DNA of 59,929 nt, counting the filler, from Sphacelaria rigidula (Eukaryota): assembly GCA_964200075.2 (NCBI GenBank). It is 4 parts of 4 records of this genome, joined end to end, with 100 filler letters (N's around TTAATTAATTAA, not from the genome) between each part and the next. Parts side by side here need not be neighbours in the genome. Positions count along the whole stretch, not along the records: positions 15,010 to 29,918 come from CAXNAA020001993.1; positions 30,019 to 44,924 come from CAXNAA020001994.1; 2 more parts are not named here. One strand, written 5' to 3'. The notes below the pieces were generated by a model. The model was not told where the DNA came from and ran no database searches. It saw only the letters and a program-made list of their open reading frames with translations. This document shows, in pieces, positions 24,601 to 37,000 of this stretch (position 1 is its first letter; every line of letters begins with the position of its first letter). A program made the translations under genes and the position numbers.

Positions 24601-27600
24601 CATACGCGCCACGCGCAAGTGCTGCAGTCCTACTTCCGTGGAAGCCGGCGCATGTCCAGGCGAGGCCGCACTACGTTGCAGTTCACGGACACATGCGTTT
24701 TCACCGTCGTGTTCGGGGTGGTGGCGGTTGTGCCGGCGGTCTTTTGTTTGTCGGAGATCCATACACGAATCGGTTTTGAGCTCTGTATCGATGTCACTCT
24801 TCACGGAGAGCCCGTGGAACGACGATCTATTGACCGAAGTCAGTCCGCTGATGTCGAACGACTGCAAAATTTTGCAGATTCGCAATAATTTCCCCACGAC
24901 CATCGCAGATGCCCCAGGTATGTCAGATATGTCCAAGTGCCGCAAGCTAGCCCCGTGCTCCGCGATGAAGGACAATGACATGTTGTTCATCCTTGCGCAG
25001 CCGGCTATGTCCAGATTTTCGAGCGCTGGGGGCGATGCGGCTAGAAGTTCTATGCCCTCCGGCGATGTGCTGGCGCATCCATGGACATTTAGAGAGTGTA
25101 ACGAAGCGCAGCTCGCGGCTATCCACTCTGTCGCCGGGGCTGACAGTCGACGACAGTTTTGGAGCTCCAACCGCTTCAATTCGAAGACGGGGGTTGTTGC
25201 CGCCCCTCCAGCCAGTTCCATGTCCAGGAATGCTCGTCCAGTTACCTGAAACCAATAAATACGTTCAGGATATTTTCTTGCGAGACCCAGTAGTCTCGCC
25301 CTGAACAGGGAGAGTTGAAACCGAGGCACTATGTGCTCGCAATCTCTAAACGATGAACGTTCTGACCAGTAGATGACACCAGGCATTCAGTTTACGTGAG
25401 GTGGAAACCAGAATGCCAAGCTAGCCCGTAAGTTATGTGTATGCGGTTTCTACGTCGTTAATGTCCAAAAAGACATCCGCTCCAGAGGGCCGCGACTTTC
25501 GTCAGCCATCGACCAAGGAAATTCTGACCAACCAGATTTTAACAGTGTTTTACGTCCAATCAGAACATTGGGTTCTACTTGCCCTTTTGTCTGTGAGTAT
25601 CGCAGCCCGGCTCGTTCCTCATGAAAATGGATCATGACGGCATAAATAACAGAGACGAGTCGCCATGGTTCAAGCCAGAACCACGACAACGGTTTGCCGT
25701 GCATTTCCCCTCTCCCAAAGATCCATGATCCATGGTCAATGGTCAAACGACTAAGGCAAGCAACAAATGAGTACGCCCCCCCCCCCCCCCCCCCCCCACC
25801 CACCAAACAACACACCAAAAAAAACACCAAAAACAAAACAAAACACANNNNNNNNNNAAACTCATACATCAGTGGCAAGTGAAAAAAACAAAACACAAAC
25901 AAACAAAAAAAAAACCCCCCCCCCCCCCCCCCAAAGATCCAAACGACACGCAGTTAAGGTTCCGCTCAGTACCAGCAACACTTCCAACACGCAAAAATAT
26001 CCTCTCAAGGTGCATATGTCGTATACTTCGCCATGGAGAATTTCAGCACCTTTAATCCCACCCATAAACCATGTATTTCCATGCACTTGTCTCCGGGGAT
26101 TTTCTGGAAATTTTCATGCATCAAAAACCTAAGCACTCTACCGCATCACATCCTCCAGCGGACAACTCTTCCAAAGCCAGGCATCCATCCAAGGTCGCCC
26201 GTAATCCACTGTCCCCAACTCCCGGGCATTGCGACAGTAACAGCCGTTTCAGCGAGGCCAATTTCCCACCGCACATGACCGACGCAAGACCGGCATCTGT
26301 CAGTCCAAGCCACCTCGATATATCGAGGGTCATCAGACACGGGCATCCACCCGCCACTTGGACAAAATGCCTGGAGAAACGACGTTTGGGGGAATCATGT
26401 CGGCTGGCGCAGCTCCCGAACGGACTGTGGCTGTTCCTCATCAGCGACGATTATGTCGAATTTCTCTCCTGCGTGGAGAACGAAAAACTTCAAGCTACAT
26501 GTGCTCCTTCTCAGGATTCAGCCGTGCCATTGCACCACGATACTACTTCGGTCGCGATCATCGGAATGCCCCGGTTTTGATTGTTATTATAGGTAAGGTG
26601 CACAAGAAGAGCGGGCAATGGCACGCGACAGTCTGTACAGGGTTGGCCACGACCGCGTACTCGGAATACAACCTAGTTTGCCTTTCTCGTCCTCGTCGGA
26701 CCGAAACGGTAGGCATACCACCGAGGTGCTGTGTGAACTCGGCGCTCGAACACTCACTCGTCTCCCATAGATTGGCACCCAGATAGATCCAGCGAATTTA
26801 GTCTGCGAGCAGAATGAACCAGGACGCCCAATGCTCCCCCTGATATAGCCGAGCAGGAGGACATGTCCACGCTCGTCAGCTGACGGACTAACTCGGATAA
26901 CCCTTGAACGGTAGGGTCGTCTAAGTCGTCCCTCCCCGAGATTTTCAGGGTAGTCAATCGACTGTGAGAAGATCAGGGCAAAAGCCGGACGATGTGCAGG
27001 AATGCGTCGTTCAGGACAATCTACGTTATCGTCACGTCTCGGGTTAGTGGTTGAGATCACATGGCCACGAATGGGCTAACGGGTAGCCATGTTACACCAC
27101 ACGCAACATCGAAAACATGCCACGGGACGAGCCTCGCGCCGGATCGGTGCCATCATGCGCGGTACACTACTTCGTACGCGCTATCTCCCAACATTTTCCC
27201 TTGCAGGCTCTCCACACACAGTGGCAGGTCACCTGTTTTGTCGCACTAACATCTCGGCCTGGTTTGCGTTGATTTCCCACGGGCTGAGGTCCAGACTTTC
27301 CACGAGATTCCCCATCTTGTGCTGTGGACAAGGGGCTAAATCTCCCTCAGGACCAGAGACATAGGCCATCCTTAGAAGCTGTTGTGGAAGGGTCGCTTCC
27401 GGGTAGTACGGCTCTACTTTTTCATCGCGCTGCCCTGTTGTGGTGCCCCTGGAGTGGCAGACGCGTAATTTCAACCTTGGTGTCTGAGACACAAGTTCAT
27501 TTGTTTTGTATGCACATGTGCCAACGTGAACGGTTGTAATTTTGATACCAACGTACGGATGCTGCTGCAGTTGAACATGCGAATATCATATATTTGTGAC

Positions 27601-27962
27601 CGACGAGTTGACAGCAGCACTCAGTGAATTATGACGTTGACATGACATAAACCTGTTCGTCAGTTTAAGAACTGCAGACGCCAAAAACATCATTTGGGGG
27701 GGGGCTTCACTGCACGATCGTGGTGCATGAAACCGCGCCACAGCGATGTGTACTCAACGGCGCAGACTTATCGAACACCCTACATCTCTCGTAACATATG
27801 TCGTGCACAGCAGCTACCACAAAGGCGCTGAATTTATTTCGTCAACGGCGAATGAATATGGTTTGGAATGCATGTACCTATCCGCTCTACCCGTAAAAAC
27901 ACTTTGACGAGTTCTTCGGGAAACAAGAAACGGTGAAAGAATGGCGGGATGGGAAACCTCAT
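21304..27962 (-). CDS. LRR protein (FBXL/AMN1-like Cys-containing LRRs) with C-terminal IQ-like motifs; exons 27878-27962, 27233-27434, 26758-26961, 26142-26370, 23553-25245, 22519-22760, 21304-21428; 3' end unresolved
   Basis: all six introns are GT-AG with matching phases (1,2,2,0,1,0), giving ~926 codons; many LxxLxLxxCxxl repeats (LKRLELQNCRRL, LHSLNVHGC, LENLDIAGCARM, LREMRLEGCSGI); IQ-like AALIQRQVR and ATTAQALWRRY; first exon weakly F-box-like (LFPEELVKVFLRV) and least certain. Confidence 0.85.
21570..21639 (+). repeat. (CT)n followed by (CTTCCT)n microsatellite
   Basis: direct reading; lies immediately 5' of a family B copy inside an LRR-gene intron. Confidence 0.95.
23435..23527 (+). 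mobile_element. short retroposon-like 3' fragment with (CAAT)n tail
   Basis: GGATAATGACCACGGCTGGATC...GTCAGTTA..GTGCGACAA(TCAA)n motif also at 6722-6790, 18385-18465(-), 41815-41860, 48950-49000, 50270-50325(-), 57290-57378. Confidence 0.65.
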
Positions 27963-28144
27963 CTATAGCTAGCTTTCTGAAAGTTCCGCGGTCAAGTTCA
28001 ACACTGTGGATTGCAATACGATGAAACAAATATTGCAAGGTGCCAGTTGAGCATGAACTGGGACCTCTCCACGTTAGGTCAGGTCCGCGACGCGATCATG
28101 ACCTGTGTTTTTTTCCTGTCACCGCTACTTGCACACATGTGTGT

Positions 28145-28497
28145 ATGTGTGTGTTGTCACCCCGATCATTCTGGACGCCAGTCTACACCTTTCGGTATAT
28201 ATGGGCGCATTAGCCGGGATCACACAGGAGAAAGATCAACACAGAAGGTTCCATTTTTGTTTTAGCACTCGAACAAAAAAAAACGACTTCACGGTCGACG
28301 AGGGAAAGGGACCGCCGAACCCCTCTCGCGATAAAAAATAAGGCAAGCACCGCAGAAGGAAGGTGGAGTACTAACACAAAAAAAAAAAAACTCCTGTGTT
28401 GGCCTCCCTCCTGTGTGACCCCGGCTGATGCGCCCACATTTACCGAAAGGTGTAGACTGGCGTTCAGAATAAATGAGATGACAACACACACACACTC
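28145..28497. mobile_element. fold-back element, family C (~125-bp imperfect inverted arms)
   Basis: ACGCCAGTCTACACCTTTCGGTA at ~28176 and its reverse complement at ~28441-28463; single-arm copies at 29700-29918, 55195-55415, 55530-55615. Confidence 0.8.
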
Positions 28498-29918
28498 CAC
28501 GTTCCTTCTGTGGTGCTAGCCTTACTTAGTTCTTGTCCTGAGAAGGGTTCGGCGGTCCCTCTCCTTCGACAATTCGCACTTCGTATACTCACGACATAGC
28601 CACTTTCCACGATTGGGCATGATGTGGGCAAAATCTCAGATCGTGTGACTTCACCGAAATTGGAACCCACGCCCGAACCACCAGAAGGTTTCAAGATTAC
28701 CAACTGAGCCACCGGAGCGACCAGATTACACATATGTATATGAAAACAGTACCTGAGCGAACGCACTCGGACATATATTACGGGGCCAACGGGAGCGCAT
28801 ACACTGCTGCCGAAGGAACCCTCTTGGGAAAACAAAGTTGAAAACGCGCCGTGCAACGACAGGAACCTCGTTTCACACGATCGATGTAACGTGATCAATA
28901 GAACAGCGGACTCTACTCGCATATGCTGAACGTGGGGTAAAATCTCCACCGACCAAACGTTCCACGTCAATTTCGGCATTGTATGCATTTCAGCTATAAC
29001 GCTGCTTTTGAACACTCACGACATGAAACACACCGTAGTCGCTTCCAACCATAGAGTGGTGCCGCGACAGCCCCCCCAAACCAGCCCCAAACCTGTCACA
29101 AAGAAAGTGATCATGCACCGCATGATAGCTGGTTTCAGATTGAATGAAGCGCCTCATATGGGCGATAGTGGCGAAAACGACGACAGACGTGGGGATTCCC
29201 AGTTGCTTGGTGTGCTCGGCGTTTAGTTATCTTGATTTACATCTAGATTCTACCTCCTCAGACCAGCCCCTTTCCTCGGGGAGCCTATCGCGGCATCAGT
29301 CCACGCAGTCGGCAACGCACGTTGATATTGTCCTCCGGTAACCAATCTGCAAGGAGGGTCTTCCACAACGTTTCGCAACTTTGGTTCACACCTGAACCTT
29401 GATCTATATTCCACACGGTATTCGTTGTGCTGGGAGTCTGTGTACGTCGTATCGAAGCTACTGGTAGTTCGACCGATTTATACGATCTAGCTTCGTAGAT
29501 CGAGGGAAGAATAAATGGTGCCAAGCAGTCCCACATGGTACGCACCCGCGGATCCCGCGTATGATTATTCTGGAATGGATCGATAGCGTCCGTCGATGTA
29601 TACTGTACTCTGAGAGCGATTGCTGTGCCGCACTGCATTGGTAGTTCCGACCACCAGAGTTCAAGTACAATAACTTGCACTTACTCAATTGAGTACCGTT
29701 GTCATCGTCCCTTCTATTGTGGGCGCCGGTCTACACGTATCGGTATAGGTGGGCGCACCAGCCGGGGTCACACAGGAGGGAAGTCAACACAGGGGCTTTT
29801 TTTTCCAGTACTCTACCTCCCTTTGGCGGTGCTTGCCTTTATTTTTTATCGAGAGAGGGGTTCAGCAGTCCCTTTCCCTCGTCGACCGTTAAGTCGAATT
29901 TTGTGTACCCACGACACA

Positions 29919-30018
29919 NNNNNNNNNNNNNNNNNNNNNNNNNNNNNNNNNNNNNNNNNNNNTTAATTAATTAANNNNNNNNNNNNNNNNNNNNNNNNNN
30001 NNNNNNNNNNNNNNNNNN
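29919..30018. other. artificial scaffold linker
   Basis: same N44-TTAATTAATTAA-N44 structure. Confidence 0.97.
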
Positions 30019-30844
30019 CGGCTATTACACTGCCACAAGGGTGGCACACCAAGTAAACACTACGTAGTGCGATCATCCCCATTGTGTGGAGTTGAGGTTC
30101 TCCCACGCCGCACAACATGATCTAGCTCGACTACCATCCTGGTCACCAGGAAAATACGCAAGCGCGCAAAAAACTCCCGGTGACCTGGTTGCCTAGCTTA
30201 CGCAGTGAGTGGCGTGTTTCACAGCGTTGTTGCCAACCAGCGCCAACCCCATCAGGGGATCCACCCCTACAAAGCCGGGACGGAGCACGCCGGGTTTTCG
30301 CCGGACGGGGGAAGGGGGGATCTGCAAGGGACGTACTGTATTGACTGAACCGCGGCAGATGTGGAAACATCGGCACCACCGCCTGTTGTGCTCTCTTCGG
30401 GGACCGCAAGGATGGGGGGAAGGTGGCCACCAATATTGACTGCACTTTCGTGCCCGATGTGAAGTAGGAGCCGTCTTGCCCTTCTTTCCCGCCTCTCGTC
30501 TTCTAGCGGCTCAAGTTCGCATCGGCTCATAAAGCCATGTTTTTATAGATGAGTACGCGCGGATGTGGCATGCGATACAGCCCGCCCTCGCCCCGCTGGC
30601 AACAGAGCTGTTGCACAGCTGTGACCTCCATGGGAACAGCGTTGAATTTCCCATAATCTACTTGCGGTACTTTTGACCGCACAAGAACACGTGTCAACAC
30701 TCGCACACAATAACTCAAAATAATGGCAAGCAAGCGCGCACGCAATATTGCAGAATAGCGGGCTCGGAGCATATGGTCAAGCCACTGGGAAACTGGTGAC
30801 GACGCGTCGTAACGCACTACACTCGCGGTGTGAACTGCACTCAC

Positions 30845-32164
30845 ATTCTTTGAGCTCGTGTATGAGTTGTTTCTTGCCGCCCTTCACGCCCAATCTTTCC
30901 GCGGCACCCTGGAGAGGGGCGAAAAATACAACAGCGAGAAACAACGATTTGGCTGACAACACGCACCTACTCCAGCGACAAAACACCAGACTGGTCACGG
31001 AAGCAAAAACAAGCAGGTCATCACATTAAACGAGAGCTTTTGGAGGGTAAACAAGAGTGCCAAACGACGTAGGCTGCTAAACGCAGTCCCGGTTTGGCCG
31101 ACATGAGATCATGCCGAGCTGCTTCAAGGCACATCTTGCGACGGAGCCGACAGGTGTCAGCAGCTAGAACGTACATGCTCAGATTGGTGCGCGATAAAAC
31201 ATACGAAACAGAAGCACACGAGCATGCATACCTGTGCCCACTCCTCGTCCTCAAGGCAGCTGAGAAGTCTTTTGTAGTGACCGTGTACCACAAACATCTG
31301 CTCTTCCAAGGTTTCTCGTTCCGTCTGCAAAAATATGTCAATACGCGCAGAACACGTCCATGAGTGCGATTGTGCATGAAGCCCCCCTAATCGTGCTACA
31401 GTCCGTCTTTCGTTTTCCGACGAATGTTCTTGCGTCCTGTCACCCTGTCTAATTTTCCCTCTTGCCATAGTACTCGACGAACAGCTCTATAACGTGCTCT
31501 GAAATTTTACCACGATTTACGGGAAGACGCGGACCGAGAGACGCGCACAAAAAATGCACATAAACAACACACATATCTGGGCATGTTCTTCTTCTCACAC
31601 ATTGGAACGCAGAAGGAGTCAAGCATCGTTTCGTGAATCAATTCCCGCCAGCACGAACTCCGAATCGTGACCCAACGATAGATTCAGGCTTAAGCAACCT
31701 CTAGCAGAGCGACAATCAATATACACCAAACTTACCTTTTCCGCGAGTCCTCGTGTGGCCAACGCGAGCAATACAAACGCAACGCCCATGTTAAAGATAG
31801 ACTGCTTTCCGCCCCGGAGGTAAGCAAAGTAAGACCGCTCTTTCTTTGTGCGCTGCAGTTCTTCCTTGCCTCTCTCGTACGCCGCCTTTGCGTTCTCCAC
31901 GTCTCGTCGCGCATCTTCAACCACCTTCTTCTGGGCGAGGATAGCTGCCGCCCCATCCGTTTCCGCGCCACCGGTGCTGCTGCTCACGAATCGGCACCCT
32001 CCTACCACTGCTGGGCGCATTGTGGATCCGGTCGGGTTCGCTCGGGCCGGGTGGAGAAAAAGATTGGCGGGGGGAGGAGGGCGGGGCGGGCGTTCATGAA
32101 TGTACAGATTCATCAACGGTGCAACCGTTTGATCGAACGCTGGCTGTAGCAAATCTGATTGCAT
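30845..32164 (-). CDS. small spliced protein with a coiled coil and one hydrophobic segment (possibly organellar); exons 31736-32164 (start uncertain), 31232-31324, 30845-30908; further exon(s) likely at ~30270-30660
   Basis: phase-0 GT-AG joins give ...AFVLLALATRGLAEK|TERETLEEQMFVVHGHYKRLLSCLEDEEWAQ|GAAERLGVKGGKKQLIHELKE; strong donors GTAAG, GTATG, GTGAG. Confidence 0.7.
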
Positions 32165-32394
32165 AGCTGTGAGTGAGCGGCGTCAAACTTTATCTATCAC
32201 AAAAACGCTAAAAGCTAGAGCGGATGTGCAACGCTGAAAATCAGCGTGCAAGATATTGTTGTGAGAATCGACACATCGAACGGAGACAGTGATACCAGCT
32301 ACCCGCAGTGCTTGCGGTTGTTGGCCCGTACGGGATCCAAACATGGCTTGTTGTACGCGTTACTCACTTCTGATGAAAGTTCCGTGCCAGTTTC

Positions 32395-32447
<53 letters not shown>

Positions 32448-32881
32448 GCCGGGTCTTCCGGGAGCGGCGCGCCACAGCAGAACACACCCGCGTACCCCNN
32501 NNNNNNNNGGGCAACCACAACAGGTTTTTTCGCTCGCTTCCTCCTTTCTTGTCAAATTGCGTCCGCTCTTTCCCCCCCCCCCCCCCCCCCCCCCCCTCCA
32601 TTCCTCCGTCTCGTGAGGGATGCGTGGTCAATGGTGAAACGACTGAGGCAAACAGCAAATGAGCATTCCACCCCCTTCGAATTTCAACTCCTCCCCTTCC
32701 TCCAGACGAGTCCATAGACTCAAGAGATCATCGTTCCTCCCGCCTCACATTCTGACAACACGAAGGGGACCTGCACTTCCGCACCATGTCGACGTTTGTC
32801 AAATTTCTTTGCTATTCACGTCCGCACGTTTCCACCGACAGAAATCAGATACTCACGAGATCAAATGGTCTTATATTGTAT

Positions 32882-32953
32882 CTGCTGGGATTCGAACCCC
32901 CAACTCCTCCACCGCGAATTTGGCAATGCACCACTGAGACCACCAGGGTGCGA
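32882..32953 (-). other. tRNA-derived (SINE-head-like) sequence
   Basis: minus strand TGGTCTCAGTGGT (A-box-like)...GGTTCGAATCCC (B-box); no complete cloverleaf seen. Confidence 0.55.
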
Positions 32954-34094
32954 CGGCAACTCCCCATGATCCAATTTATAATCGTGGGCCTCGGGCTTTC
33001 CTTCAAAGCAGCACACCGTTTTGCTGTCCTGTCGATCGTGCTATTAATAAGTTCGACGGTAAAAGAGAGAAAATGACCTACAGGCGTTGTACAAAACAAC
33101 CCTCGGGTTCAGAGCTGGCGGATATTGTACACATCAACGTGTCAGTCGATCTTATGCCGCGGTTCAACGCCGGCTCCGTTGACGCCAGCTTCGATAAGAT
33201 GTTGGACATGGTTGCAGGCTTTCCAACTGCTTCGAACTCAGCTCCATTTTTTCTTCTCCAGAACCACCGGCTCCCACCACATCCACATCAGAGACATCTG
33301 CTGAAAATATGTCCTACCAGGACGATGTACCGTGCTCATAGTAGATACACAAGTTCCGCGATACTGCATGCGCTGTACTGTACCGTGATGCCCTCTATGA
33401 ATGCACTATTGATACATCTCAGTATCCACGCTGAATTCCGAGGGATCGTCGGCATGCATTCCGTGGAGCCAGTCAGGAATGCGTCGCTCTCACGCGGCAA
33501 AAACACTCCGGGTGTGGATGCCTTACGTGCATGGGGTACTGTCAGCGCCCCACCCCGTACCGTGCCAGTAATCGAATCGTGCATTTGGTCCAAGATGGTA
33601 TACCGGGCGGGACTTTCGACGTACTTCGTACAAATCTGAAGGTACGATGGTGGCGCAACACACGCTTGAGGAGCTGCATTACGGTGAGACCTGAAACCAT
33701 GCTGCACATAGGCACCGATCTGTCACGATCAGGAGGCTAGCGCTGCGTCTGTGATTTAGTCGGCAAGCCCGGGCTTGATAATGTACCAATCTATCGCGCA
33801 CAGTCGGCCAGTGCTCTGTCATCCGATCGGCAAGCTCGAACGTGCCAGTGCAGAAATCTATGTCGCACAGTCGGCTAACGCGGTTCTGTGACTCGATATG
33901 CATGTCTGGACTGCAGCACAACAATCCTGCAGATGAAGCAAGTACACAGATGTATGGAGCTGACGGCGTTCCCACTCCCCCAATGTCACCTTGTTAACTA
34001 TCAAAATAACAAAAACTGATTCTGTGGCGCCACAAAGTCTTGCTTGTGTTGAAGATAAGATATACATATTCTCTGACAAATGAGGGTATTTCAG

Positions 34095-37000
34095 CTCTGA
34101 GTTCTGGAGGAAGCCCAGACGGAAGCGCCAATTACGCGGATTGCAACCCAGGGGGTGTTATACACCGTCACCACTTACCTTGCTGCAACGTCCCTCTAGC
34201 CCCTCGAACGTGGGCACTCCTCAGGGCGGTCAGGGACGCCGCCCGAGAAATAGAGTTAGCTGTGAAGGAGCACAGCCGCAAGGTAGATTGAGTGTGAAGG
34301 AGGCGAGAGGCCATGATGGTACAGAGAGTCCTGTGCATGGTGCACGTCGTCTCTGACCCTGGATTGGAGTATGACATGCAGTAGATCGCTCTGTTTCAAA
34401 TCAACCGCCGCGTTTACCCGCATCTGGCATCAACACACTAGGGAACGGTGCTAAGCATGGTGTCCTCGGCATCTGTCCACGCTCAGGTGGGAGCACTGAT
34501 CACTAGAGTAAGCGAAGATTTTAAGCTAGCAGCATTACTGACATCAAGCGCAACCGCAATAGACCAAGAAACGGAAGCAGCAGCGGACACCGAGCGAGGA
34601 GCAAATCAGGCTGCACATGCTCTGCAGTTGGCATTTGAATTGCTGCGATCTGGAACAGTATTAGCAGCCGCAGCCCCAGCGGGAGCACAGGTTTTGGACT
34701 CCAATGTCATTGGGGTAGGGGCTGACGAAATATTTACCGAGGGAGGTGGAAAATCTCTACTGCGGGAAAAAAAGGAAGCCGAAGAAAATGGTGATGTGAT
34801 GAAGGTGGCGAGGAGGGCCGCGTTCCTGCGGTCATCGTTCCTACCCTTCGCGTCCTTCTTGCTGCGGGACGTTGGACCTACATGGCTGCCGATTTGGGAT
34901 CGTTTGGATACAACTCTTGCTGCAACTGCCGTGACTTCGGCAGATTCGGCGGACGCAGATTCAGGCACGGATACGACCCTTGATCGTACCGAGGCTCCTC
35001 CAACAACCAACGAGAAGAGTGTTGTCTATAATCTGGACCAGGGGTCACGCCCCAGTGGCACCTTCACCCTGGTGCAAGTACCTGGCGTTAGTGGTCACAG
35101 CAGCGGTACGGCGGCGCAAGCCCACGGTACACCAAGTAAAACGGGTGTCCACCAGCCTGCGCGGGGAAAACACAGCAATATCGACGCCGACTTGCAAGAC
35201 GAGGATGCAATGCTACCTCGCCCTGTCAGCGCTCGAGATATGTTCATGAGTTTTTTTGGGCCGCCATTAGTGCCCGCGTCCCTCGCCCTCCTCGCGCTGT
35301 TCGAAGGCCTGGGGAGCCGACCTTCTCTCCCTCCCTTCTCCTCAGAGACCCACTCTACCGTAACGAGGGCAGCAGATTTTTGGGGCGGTGGGACTTCGCA
35401 AAAGTATGACGCTCGCACGGTGCAGCTCGCATGCCGGCTACTGGAGCCCTATCTCGATCCGCTGCTGCGGCAACTGCCGACGCACCCTGGCGACAGTACG
35501 CATTATAGCAAGGAACACTATTTCTTGATGCCACAGGTCGACGATGAGCCAACAGAAATAGCAGCAGAAATTGAAGGTCATGAGGAAAGCGCCGCCGTCG
35601 AAAGCAAGAGCGACATCAATGGTGCCGACACTCCGCACGCTGGTAGTCTACAAACCAGCTCTCATGTCCACCAATCAGCTGATCCCTCGTCCTCACTGGA
35701 GCAGGAAAAAGCTGACGATTTGCGCCATGGAGACGACAAGGGTGAAATCTTCCGAAGTAGAACCCGCCACCCGTTGTTCATCCAAGCCTTGATAGAGCTC
35801 GCTGTTGGCGAATTCGGCGTCGACCAGGTGCAACCGTCAGCACCGCCGTCGCACGAGACCCACATACCACGATCGTCGGAGCAGGGTACGGACGGGAGTG
35901 GTGGTGTTGGAGGACGAAACCGAGGAAGGAAAATGGCAGCGAGAGACGCCGCGGAGCGTCTGATGTCGGCTGTCTGCCTTGCGCCGCAGCGCGTCGCCAA
36001 CGCGCTGGGTCCTCTGGCGCCGCCGGCCTTCATCCCGGAGAAGTTATTCTCGGCCGTGTGCCGCGCGGTGGTGCGCTCGATTCTCCTTTCTTTCAGCATC
36101 CCGGCAGATGAAGCAGTAAACAGCGTGTTCGAGGGGCGAGGGCGAGGAGTAGCATTGCATGGAAGCGTTGTCAATGGTCTCGACGTCGATTCAGCGGCAA
36201 AAAAGTCGGCGGCGGCGATATCACGGGCGGACGGCATTGGTAGTGGCGAGTTCAGGGAGCGAAGGCAAAGTGAAATCGAAGCCAAGGCGATGACACGAGA
36301 TGTATGGCGGGCGTTCTCGGAGCGGCTACTAGTGGCCGGTAGGGCGTCCGACCTAGCTGATGCTTGGTTGCAGACCATCTTTTGCATGGGGGCTGCAGGA
36401 GAAAAACCCAATGGTCAGACGCTGTTGTTGAATAAATCGAGCGTAGGGACATCTGTATCAGCGGTAAGAACAGCGATAGCTGCATGCGACGACGGAGCCA
36501 GCAATAACCGTGGCGACCACAGTAACCATCGCGGTCGCGGGGAACCTCATCCAGTAGCATCCACACAGACAACCTCCTGCTCGACACCAAGTTCCGTGGC
36601 AGCTCTTTGGGAAGCTTGGGCTGGAGACTCGCAGTCAGACGTACACGCGTGGATGATGAGGGCTATCCCACCGTTGTGCCGGAAATCCTTCACCGAGGCT
36701 TTGCTACGAGCGCTGTGGCCTCCCGATCCTTCCCGCTCGCGCCACCGTCGCCGCCATGTGGAGCTCGCCGAGCAGCGATACAATGACCGCGACGGCCGCA
36801 AACAAGCATGGCCCCCCGGCTTCCCCTTGGCGGCTTGCCGTACTCTCATAGGAATGAACCTGGTTGCCAGGCGCTCTGCTTCACTGGGAGACGAAGGAAT
36901 ACGAGGAGAAACAGCGGCCGAGGAGGCGGCCGAGGCGGAGCTGGCGGCGGTGGAGGAGGACGAAATTGAGCTGTGGGTTTCGCTTTTGGAAGATTTGCTG

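Noticed and set aside
24125..25249. 374-aa plus-strand ORF
   Set aside because: Antisense shadow of the large LRR exon.
27963..31468. Extending the LRR gene to the exons at 30.8-31.5 kb
   Set aside because: This crosses an artificial linker, and those exons splice in phase to the 31736-32164 exon instead.
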